Source of the DNA: Chlorokybus atmophyticus
Lineage: Eukaryota; Plantae; Mesostigma and Chlorokybus algae
Assembly (NCBI GenBank): GCA_009103225.1
Contig: RHPI01002990.1
Coordinates: forward strand, 638,767 to 702,766
Direction of reading: 5' to 3'
DNA length: 64,000 nucleotides
Both the position numbers and the translations under genes were made by a program. Under the pieces are notes generated by a model. The model searched no databases. It was given only the letters and a program-made list of their open reading frames with translations, and had not been told where the DNA came from. How positions within the stretch are numbered: position 1 is the first letter of the stretch; each line of letters begins with the position of its first letter. Below, one piece after another: positions 50,324-61,216 of the stretch.

Positions 50324-53300
50324 ATGGACAGGCGGCGGATCTCCAGCAGGCTATCATCATCGTCGTCGCCGGCATCGGTGTCAGGCGGCGATGGACGCAT
50401 GCGGGCACCGTCTGGCTACGGCGTCTCCAGCGGCGACCATGACGCCAGCAGCATGGACGGCGACACGGCGGCGTGCCTGGAGGCTGCGGACGCCGCCGTC
50501 GCCCTGCTAGGCCCGGCCTACGTTGAGCTCTGCAGGGCGGCTGCGGTGCTCGAGCGAGCTTGCGCCGACTATGCCGCATGCCTCAAGTACCTCAAACGCA
50601 GGTAAGTGCGCGTGTACGTGTGCGTGTGCGTGCGTGTGCATGCCTGTGCGGGTGTTTGTATGTCAGACTCAAGCAAAGTGTGTTTCAGATCGCTCTCATA
50701 TTCACTGCATGCGTTCTTTCATCCACGCATGCATTCACTTCTCAATATTGACTGCATTCAAGTTGTCTTATATCTGCGCTTTACGCCACATGCTGCTTAC
50801 TGCATGCAGCAGGTTACGCAGGCTGTTCCAGCTCAAACTGACAACACTTAAGCCAGCTGAGCTGCATTGTGCAAAATTGGCAGCTGATGTTGACTAACAC
50901 ACTCACCATGTGTTTTGCTTGGGTTGCGTGTCAGGTTTTCTCCCAAGGAGACCGCATTGACAGCTACAGGTACATGCATGCACTGTGCATATGTCTGTCA
51001 GTCTGTGTTGGTTAGTGTTTGCCAATGCGCTGCTAACGTGTCCATACATTGGCCCACAACATAAGCATTGTGCGTGACTCCAGGCAATCCTCATGCAGAG
51101 TCAGCAACCAGCAGTAACAGCCAGCAGCCGGTCCCCACTGCTGAACAGTCAGCATCAAAGGCAAGCATTGCATTGCAAAGCTGACTCGCAGCTTCAATCC
51201 ATGCGCGCTTGCATTCGTAATTGCTGATGCATATTGTGTGCTTTGGCGGTAGTGTAGCGCTCGAGCACAAAAACAACCAACTCCTCTTCATCCTCAGTAC
51301 CAACAGCGAGGCCGGTGAGGTCGACTGCACAGGCAGCAGGCATTCAGAATATTGGGCGCACAACCGGCAGGTCTGTACTGTTGTTCACAAAACACCGAAC
51401 TCTAACTTTCAGCATGCTGTTTTGCTGCTTGCCTACTTGTTTTGCTATCTAATCTTCCCAACAACAAGGTTCTTGCGCTAATAGCTTGGTGTTGCAGGCG
51501 GATGTCTGGTGCGAACCCAAGGACCGCTTCATCACCATTCGCGTCATCTTCTGAACCAACAGCATCCACAACTGAAGCAACAACAGCATTGAACGACAGC
51601 GGGTGAGACACGTGCAAGGCTTTCTTTCCAACTCAGACAACAAAGCAAGTTCGACTGCAAACAACACTGCCCCTCCTCTCAACTCTACTATTCTTTTTCT
51701 TTATCGGTTTGTGTATGTACCTATGTCATAGCATCCGACACACACGATATGATGTCTCAAAGTTGTTGTGTTGTTGACATTGGCGTATGTACCTTTGTTC
51801 CACAGCCCTTCTGTGGGCCCTCCAGTCTTGCCAGAGAGGTTTGCAGCATTGTTGAGGAAGCATTTTGACGCAAATGGTGGAAAAGGGAGCGCTTCAACAT
51901 CACCATTAACAACACACTCCAACGCAGCGGCGGCGGCAGTTGCCGCTCAACGCCAGTTTCTTGACAGATTGAGCGACAGAAAGCCTTCTGCCACAACACA
52001 GACCAGAAAGGTTGGGATACGAGCTTACTTCTACATCTTCATGCATGCCTCCTGTCTCAAAAGGAATGTTCAGCATTGAGCAATGCTTGACAGGAAACCA
52101 ACAACATGGTTATGTGAGTGGCTACATGGATGCATGTTTTGGATTCTCAACAAATGCAGCAAAAGAGGTCATGTACACTTGTTGAACATGGTTTGCCTTT
52201 GTCAGGGAAGCAGGAGAGCGAGAGCAAGCACATGGGGTGGCAGCGATGTGCAGTCCCAACCATCACAGCAACAGTTATTACAAGCGCAGGCCCCGCACGT
52301 GCAGCATTGGGCTCGTCACGTGGCAGCTCTCTCAGCCGCGCGACATGTGCAGGCGGCGCTGAGAGCAGTCGACTGGGAGTCCATCAGGCCAGGTAGTGGT
52401 TGTTGGCTCATTAGTATCGTGGTGTGGCTGTTTTGTGTTGGTCGTAACTTAGTGCTGATGATGTGTTTGGCGCTGGTGTTGGCAGGTACGCCAAGGGAGG
52501 CGGTGTTTGCCACAGCTGAGATGCTTAAAGACACCATGCGATTGTGGCAATGGGTGGTGTTAGAACATCAATCCCTGCAAGGTTTGATCTAACGATTGTT
52601 GCTCTGGATCATGCTTGCTGTATTTATCCCAGCATTGTTTAGTCACTGGTTGGTCACGGCCATTGTTGGTGACAGCTGGCAGCTCCGCCATGAGGCATCG
52701 CAATCGCGCTTTGAGGGCTTTGCTTCTGCAATCGAAGGCGCAGTTTGAAGGCTCGAGTTTGGTTCTCAGCCATACTGGCAGACAGCGGAGCAGCAGCGTT
52801 GTTCATCGCACAGTATCAACATCATCACCATCATCATCGTGGCTATACGCACGAGGTCAGTCGACAAAAGCAGCAAGCAATGACAAGTCTGATGATGGTG
52901 AAGCCAGCAATGAGGCAGCCTCAACACCTGTGCATGAGGGACCTGTTGACGCTTGGCTGCCGGCGATGCAGTGGGCTCAAGCTGGTGAGCTTCTGTTCTT
53001 TTGTGCATCTGTGCTATGCCAGAGAGTTGGTGCTGTATGTTTGTTGTGTTGCGTGTTACTATTTTACACGCATTGTTACGCAGGTGAAGGCGCAAAGGAG
53101 TTGATACTGGCTCTGTCCAATACTCACGCGGAGGCTTGCAGCTGGGTGCCAACTTACACAAATGTAATGCAATGCGCAAAGTTAGTTAGTTCTATGCAAC
53201 AGGTTCTCCATGCAGTATGTATTGATCTGACCTCGTGACCCGCAGCAACTGCTTTCCATAGTGGCTTTGCGCCACAACATCCAGCTGCACGCATTGAGTT

Positions 53301-53476
53301 CTGCAGTCGAGGCCACCATTGGAACAAGGCTGATACCACCGACGCAGGTGTAAGTTACACGCTCAATTATGGTGGAGTGGCTAGTTTGTTGTCTGATCGC
53401 AGGCAGTATGTTGCATAATGCATTCTTCCTTGCTTTGCAGGGATGTAATGACGGCCAACAGCATCACCAGATGTAG
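50324..53476 (+). CDS. Hypothetical multi-exon protein, no family recognised
   Basis: About 11 exons can be joined in frame (MDRRRISS..LERACADYAACLKYLKR..RFAALLRKHFD..HVQHWARHVAAL..MRLWQWVVLEHQ..AWLPAMQWAQ..CSWVPTYTN..); one join needs a GC donor (AAG|GCAAG, ~51161). Confidence 0.6.
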
Positions 53477-54235
53477 ATTTGCGTCTGGGTTTGTGCTCGG
53501 TGCAACCAACAACAGCAGCTGCATAGTTGCACGCAGGGAGCAATGCTGAATATTTGCATTCCGGGAATGGGTGCTGATCTACTTTTGGTCTGTTTGTGAC
53601 CAACACAGACCAACTTCCAGTGCAGTGCTGCAACTAGCTTGCACTAACAACACCTTGTGTGATTGCGTTGTGACTTGTACTGCTGTGCCGTGTTTTGCTC
53701 TGGCCAGGTATTGCCGCTACACTGGCATGAGTTGCACACGCAGCATACAGCGTGCGCACGTGTATGTGTCATTGCAGGTGTGCGATTGCGTGTGTGCGTG
53801 CATGCATGCACAGACAAGTTTGCACTGGCATACAAGATGCGTATGCAAGCAGGTGACACCCGCACGCAGTGCCTGCACCAAGTGTATGACCAACCCACAT
53901 ACAAACACAACAACCAAACCACCCAGTAACACAGCAATCACCCAAGCACTGTCACTGCCCTGACACGGCTTCAGACTACACTGCGACTCGGTAACTGACA
54001 CGTATGGTGCGCCAAAGTGGGCGCGGGTGAGAGACAGCATGATGAGTGTGCACATAGCATTACTCCAACCAAGGGCCTTTTGCCAGCCCGTATGCTTGCT
54101 TATGCTGCCATGTGAAACTGAGTGGTAACCACGCATCCAAATGAACACTGCATCATAATATGTGTACAAAGCGCATTGAACCACAACCAAAACTTGATGG
54201 GGAAATCTCACAAAGCACTGCTCGCAACACAACAA

Positions 54236-57158
54236 TCAACTGTCAGTGTTGTCCCAACTGTCATCTTTCCATGATGCATTCCAGCCGGTAGGCGTGCCTC
54301 GATCTGAGAAGCGCCTTCCCGGCTGGTTGCCGCGGTGTGATGACGGCGGTGGTGTCAACTTCTCATGATACGTCAAGCGCCTTGCAATACTTGACCTTGA
54401 CCAGCGCCTGTATGAAAGTGTGACACGTAATCCATAGCTGCAAACCAGTAAGTATAGGTGGCTATACGCCCGTCCCAGTAGCAGCATGAGGAAATGCGTG
54501 TGGCAAACTGTCACACTCTGTCACAATGACATGATCTGATGGCAATCCAGGCAGAAATACCTGAATATCAAGAACAGGAATATCGCACCGCATAATCCAG
54601 CGACTACGTACACCAGCGTCGACACGCCTCCAACAGCCCACATGTAGCTGTGCAGCTCCCTCTGCATGTCCTTCTGTTGCTGTGGCGACAGGCGCTCCAA
54701 CCGAGGCTGTTCTTCAACCACAACATGATCATCAGACCGAGCAGCCAACTGCTCTTTTCCGCCTTCCACCTCAGGTTCCTCTTCATCAACATCGAAGCGA
54801 TCGTCTATAAATTCCTTAGCTTTCTGCTGTGCGTCAGCCAGCCGGGAATTTGCAGCATAGTCGTCGATGTGCAGCCTATCACTATCACGAGCATCCAACT
54901 CATTCACGAGATCAGCGTTCTCATCACGCGATACTTCATCAAACTCATCAGGCTTCTCGTCAAGAACGTCATCCGGGATAGCAGCAAACAACTGAATATC
55001 GTTGTCTGCGTCACCTGGGACATCCACAACGCGGGTGACCTCCCGCTCGCTTGACAACTGTTCTTCTGAAGTGTCAACCTCAACACGCTGTGCACCATGT
55101 GCTGAATTGACAACATGCAAGTCATCAGCAGCTTCTTTTGCCGGAGCAACATCCGTAGCCGGCTTGCCCTCTTCAACCGAAGCTTCCGTTACCGCTGAAG
55201 CCAATGTAATGGTCTCACCATCCGGTGCAGGAACAGGGACGGATGCAACAACAGCCTCTAAAGGCTTTGCAGAGACTTGCACAACATCTGCTGCGATGTT
55301 TGCATCCACGACTGCGTTGTTGGCTTCCACTTCCAGCGAAGCAGGCTGCTGTTCTGTTGCAGGACCCATGGCTGGTGCAGTAGCGGATGGGGCGACTGCG
55401 TCCCCAGCATTGCGTGCTTCTTCAAGCTGGGAGCCTCCCGCTTCTGCTTCTGCGGGTTGCACTACCCCTCCAATACCCTGCCCTGACTTGCTACCCAGCA
55501 CTTGCCTGAAGTCATCAACATCCGCCTCTTCGAGCGCTTGCAGCGGGTCGCTGGCGCCTTCAGCACGTTCTGTCGCTTCAGGCAAAACTGCATCATCAGC
55601 TGCAGTGACAATCTCAGTCTGCCTATTATCTGTTCTGGGAGTATCGGCCTTTGCTTGCATGTCAGTGCTCCTGGACGCCGTGGCATTCAGTCCAGGCTCT
55701 TCTTGCGGCACTGCAATAGAGGATGCAATCAGGATGCTCGCCGGCTGCACAGTTGCATTCAGCGCAAGCAATGTCTGATTTTCATTGCCAGCGGGACCAT
55801 CTGCTCTTGATTCTGCTTCTGCTGCTGGTGAGGCCGCAGGCTGCGCACCCTCAAGAGCATCTGCTGGAGTGATCGTATTAGGACTTGACTCTGGTGCATC
55901 AGCAGTGGTTGTGACGGATGATTGCTGTATTGGCTCTGCTGTGTGCTGCGCAAGTGACTCAGTTGACCGGTCAATGAAGCCTTGCGATCTGCTTGATGAG
56001 AACACGCTTGCAGTTAATGGAATGGCCAATTCACCAAAGTGTTTGTCCGAAGGTAACTCGCCCCTTATGCGCACGGTGCCTGAGACTGTTGGCAAGACCT
56101 TGGCCACCAAGTCTAGACTGAGGCGCTTCAGTGTCTTCGGCTGCAGCTTGCCTTGCGCAGGGACAACATCCAGCCAACGAGGGTCATCCACCACTTCCCA
56201 TTGCACAGTTTCCGACCCAACATTGACCAACACAATATACGTTGAGTTGGTTTTGGGGTCGTACTCTGGTCCTGACCACTTCAGCACCACATGCTTGGGC
56301 GCGCCAGCTATTTGGGACCCTCCTTCAATGAGTTTGTTGATGATAGGTGTGTTGTCCTTTGCATCAGCTACTTGAGAGCTACTGCTTGCTGGGATGGTTA
56401 CAGCAGGAGCCTTTGAACCGCGTAGCCTGCTGCTTCCAGAACCATTCTGCTCACTCTTCACCAACAGCTTACGGCCTGGTAGGACGCTACCACGCAAAAC
56501 TTCCTCCTGCAAACGAAGGAAAGCACATGGGCATATATTAGCAACTGCAATCAGCTGTGTATGCAGCACACACTTGCACAACTCTGAATATTACGCATGC
56601 AGCCAGGCTAGTTGCTTACTTACCTCCTGCTGTTGCTGCTGAATGTGGTCGAGGACCGCGCCGTCATGGTTTGTCACAAGCACACGCAAACCGTCTTTGA
56701 ACTTGGTCACATCTGTTTTCCTTAACCAACCATGAAACCCTGCACCAATGGGATACGAACAACTATAAGCTTGCAGTGCATGAACTCCATGTAATTCAAG
56801 ACAAGATAAGCATTCAACAGACATTTTTTGCACCGCCAGTGCAGTAGCATGCGTACAGTTCACACACTGCGAGCTAACTGCTGAAGGCGGAAATTTTCTT
56901 ACAACCAATAATGGTACACTGTCGCATACGATTTCAGGGTTCAGCAAGGAAGTAATCACACTAGCGAGGTAAGCATGCAACGTGACCAGTACCTGTAGCT
57001 GAGCCGAATGCAATCAGCAGCGCGAGTATCAACAGTGTCAGCAACAGAGTGTCCAGGCATGCGATCCGGTGAACGCTTGCAGAGCAGGGATGCGAGGTTG
57101 TGCATGCCGATTCCTGCCTTCTCCGGGCTCGCTTGTCGGCATTATCGTACAACGGCAT
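54236..57158 (-). CDS. Type I membrane protein: N-terminal hydrophobic segment, Ig-like (BACON/MSP-like) domain, long acidic stalk, TM helix, Trp/Asp-motif tail
   Basis: LLLTLLILALLIAFGSAT; IVLVNVGSETVQWEVVDDPRWLDVVPAQGKLQPK; 686-aa ORF 54521-56581; TM WAVGGVSTLVYVVAGLCGAIFLFLIF; tail TYHEKL..GWNASWKDDSWDN. Confidence 0.75.
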
Positions 57159-57443
57159 CGCATTACTCACAGTTTATGCCATATATTTGAATGGCACGTG
57201 TGGGGTTGTAGCTGTTCATCGGGCACACCATGCAGAAATCAGAGATTGAGCAATGACGAGTGCCTTCTGGGGACGTTAGTAAATGCAGTGACATGCACCA
57301 TATATTCAGTAAGGTGCAATGCACGCGCTTCAACTGAGTTGGGCAGCAATTGAATGCAGTGACACGCACAAATGCAGTGAGGTGCGCTGCATGCGCTTGA
57401 ATTACATTATTAAGCTTGCATGCGATTGCGCACAATAGTTAAA

Positions 57444-57892
57444 TCACTTCGGCTTGCATGCGCTTAAACATGGCTTGTTCAGAGTGCAACTCGTTGCAAG
57501 CTCAGAGAACGCAAGGCGTTCCAGAGAACTGACCAGCTGTCCTATACTGCTACCGCCTTGCAGCACACGAGCAACACGTGAAACGCACTCAACCGATGCA
57601 GCATCTGGCATGTCACATATCAAGCAGAATAACAGGGACAGAAGGCATTGCAAGGTGGGTGCTCAGCACCATGCGCTACGCTACCACCAACAAACCCTTA
57701 CCTGTTACGCAGCACAGGCGTCTCTGCCAACCGCACTCAAATTTTCACCAAAACATCCTATCATCTGTCGAAGGACTCTCACTCACTGCGTCGTCCGTTC
57801 TCCACGTTGACGTCAGCTCCGCTGTTACCGCCATCGTCGTCGTCGTCGCCGCCGTCACCATAGCCACGGACTTGCTTTAGGGCGCCAAGCAT
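57444..57892 (-). CDS. Possible short multi-exon ORF or upstream exons of the membrane protein gene
   Basis: MLGALKQVRGYGDGGDDDDDGGNSGADVNVENGRR|GTGAG followed by phase-compatible exons; no domain recognised. Confidence 0.25.
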
Positions 57893-59220
57893 CACGCGTC
57901 ATACAGCACATTGTTGCATGCATGACGCGTGATGCTGAGATCGTAGTTGTTGAAACTTTGAAGCTTTCCGCGAATCGAGCAAAGCAGCCACCTTGTGCTT
58001 CACAGGCAAGTTGTGATTCCTTTAGCACGGCTGCGGGAATGCTGACACTGGGCGTGCGCAGCGCGAGCGTCAACCGTCGATTGTCGGCTTGCTACGCGGC
58101 TGCCATCCCATTGACGTAGGATTGAGCTGTCCCAGCTGGCAATGATTACAGATTCTGTATAGCCGGGTCCGTTGTTGGCAACAACTAGTAAATTGGCACC
58201 ATCAAATGGGTGTCCCTTCAGCGACGTTCATCATGTCTCAGGTGCGTACGTTTTTAGCGCCAAAAGCTGCGGCTGAGCCGCGGCGGCTCCCCTTCTACCA
58301 TTGCCGTTTAAACGATGCATATATAGGTAGGCGCACATTGCATGTGTAAGGCTTACACATCAAAAGCTGCAGAGTCCATGTAAAGCTGCAAAGCAGCGTG
58401 TTGCCACGAATCCTACAACTTGGTGAACTACAAGTTGATGCCGTCAATGGTGTACATAGTACACGACAAATGGATGTTGGGGCCAATCAGTCATGCAAGC
58501 AAGCAAGCACACCATAGCAAAGCTTGATAATACAGCAAAAGCAGGCAAAAACAACAGGGTGGGGGGCCCCAATAGGCTATAGCTAAATGCACTAACTATA
58601 GACCGAGGGAAGTAGTGTAAATACATGCGCATCAGATTGCACCTAGTATAAAAGAGTTTATCAATTTCACCTTCAAAACGGTGCGATCGCATTTTGTAAG
58701 TATGTGCATCATTATATGTTAATGTCACAACATTTTAGCATGAGGCACATTTGCTACAATATTGCAATGTGCAATAGCGGCATTGCATTAATATGTGAGT
58801 TTGTGTACACATACTTATGTTGTTTTAATGTAATGTGATGTAATGCATACGTGAGGTTCAATTAAAGCTTACGTATTAATTATACATATGTATAACATTG
58901 TGTAATCGTTTAAAGAATTTTACAACGTTAAAAAGTGTGTGATCGTTCACAAAGTGTACTTATTCAGATATATATGCACAAAAGCAATGTATAGGTATGT
59001 AACGTTTTCATACTTTAACCACTTTATATGATTGTAAAGTATATTAACTATCATAATATTGATGATTATATAAAATGATGTTGTATATACTTGTACATAT
59101 CGATTAAACATTATGACCTAATTGCATGTACAATAGTCTATATATAAAGCAAAGACTCCAATACAGTAAAAAACCATCATTAATAATTGTTTGCTATTTA
59201 TTACATAAATATTTTTAAAC

Positions 59221-59221
<1 letters not shown>

Positions 59222-59316
<95 letters not shown>

Positions 59317-59320
59317 NCCC
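59222..59320. repeat. Poly-C tract (~98 nt, one N) in AT-rich intergenic DNA
   Basis: Directly visible homopolymer. Confidence 0.9.
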
Positions 59321-61216
59321 TACAATTGCCCACGTATTTTCTTTCAAAGAATACACACACCATTTTGGCTGTATTATGCACCCTTCTCGTATACAGTGTC
59401 TTGGTATTTTTAGGTTAAATTTACATTACATTTATAATATATGTATGATAAGATGCACTTGAAGTTACCGTTATGTTACGTGTTTGACAAATTATAAATT
59501 ATGCATGATTATTCCACGTGACCCAGTATAGTGCCCATTGTTTTAAAAAGTTTCGGGATAAAATTACATTTTTAGTAAAGCATGGCACTGTGGTTAAATG
59601 CGAACACTATGAACGAGTAAATACGAAATATTTGAATTATATATATCTCCATGCATTAATGCGCACGTTTTTACTTTCATGGTTTTTTTTAACAACGCGT
59701 GCATAAATGTTTAAATTTGTTTTTGAACATGGGTGTTTTTACAAAGATTAGAGAGCAGTTGAGGGAGTTACGCATATCAATGCACATGCTGAATTGCTAC
59801 TAGTAACATGCTTGTGCAACCCCTCTTACAAAAAACAGCAACTTACTGCCCCATGTGGCACTTGCGGGTGGCTTGTGTTGCCGCATTTATGCTTACAACC
59901 CCTCTTATAAACAGAGCCCCCCCTCCCCCCGTTTTAATGAATGGTGTTGACACCATTAATATAACTACATTAAAGCTTCGTAATGAATGTAAAAGCGGGG
60001 TGACACACACAGCCCCTCCTTTAATTCTATTCAATGAGGTGGGTGTATTGTATACGCACAAAATATAGGTACATTGTCAACAAGCTTATGTAATCTTGCA
60101 ACCAAACCTTGTAAGCTACAACTTGTGGTTGTCAGCTTTTTTCATACTTCTGATTTGGCATGTGTGACACATGCCAAATCTGAATGCCTTTGGATAAAAC
60201 GCAATCGTACATCGTTGAGGCTTCCTCAAGGCTGACAAAGCGAGATCCTCTACTACTCGGTGCCTAAGAGGAGCAATCATGCCTATTAATGTTAGGCAAC
60301 CATCATGCTGACAGCAGCGTCGTAGCTTACGTAGCCAGCCCTGGTTCGGTGAAGCAGCAACCGCGCACGCACCGTACCCGTGCGTACACACCCTGTGCAC
60401 TGATCCTGTTGGAATCACAACCTTTGCCGTTGACCTCGTTTTGCCGGGAGCTAGAGGGCACGGCAGGCGTATCAATGCGCTCTATTGGCCACATGACGCG
60501 GGAAGGGTGTCGTATTCTGGCACGCGGCGATTCGAGCAGCGGCAGGCTGCTGCCAGCAGCCGCGATCCCGTGCATGCCATGATGATGACGAAACGTGGGA
60601 ACGCAGCCGTGCAGCAGTGGCGGGTGTTGTCAGTTGCGCGGTCCCGGTCCGAAAGCGCAGTGGGAAAGCGCCGATATCGGCAAGTTGTTGAAGTATTCAG
60701 AGGCGGCGGATTGGCAGGCAGGCAGGCGTTGGTAGCGGCGGTGACGGCGGCGGCGGGAAAGCGCGTGTTGTTGCGGCCACACGCGGCAAGAGAGAGAGAC
60801 ATTAGCGTTGCGTGCCACGTTAGCGTGTGTGTCAGTGCAGCGTAGCCTTATACCGTGTTGAGTTGGGTTGCTTAGCTGCACTGCCTGCATTCTGCGCAGT
60901 GCATGTACTAGCGACTGCTGCTTCCCTTGTGTGGTAGTGACTGCTACTTTGCTCTGTGAGCCGCTGTGCTGGTTTGAAGTTGGAGCGAGACACTGACCGG
61001 CTGATTGCTGAGGCGGGCTAGCGCAGCGTCTCCCCCACTGCGGACGTGGAGTTGCAGCTTGCGAGTTTCTTGTGGTCACACTTCATTCGTGCTTGTGACG
61101 GCTCTCAAGACTAGCATGCTGGCATGCTAGTTGCAAGCTGAGCGCTCATAGCTGAAGTGCTGATGAGAACAGCAAGCACCCATCCAGAAGACCAGTAGTC
61201 ACTGGTTGCAGCTGCT

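Noticed and set aside
60116-60475. CQHDGC as a zinc-finger repeat
   Set aside because: Single occurrence without the remaining ligands; probably a chance ORF.
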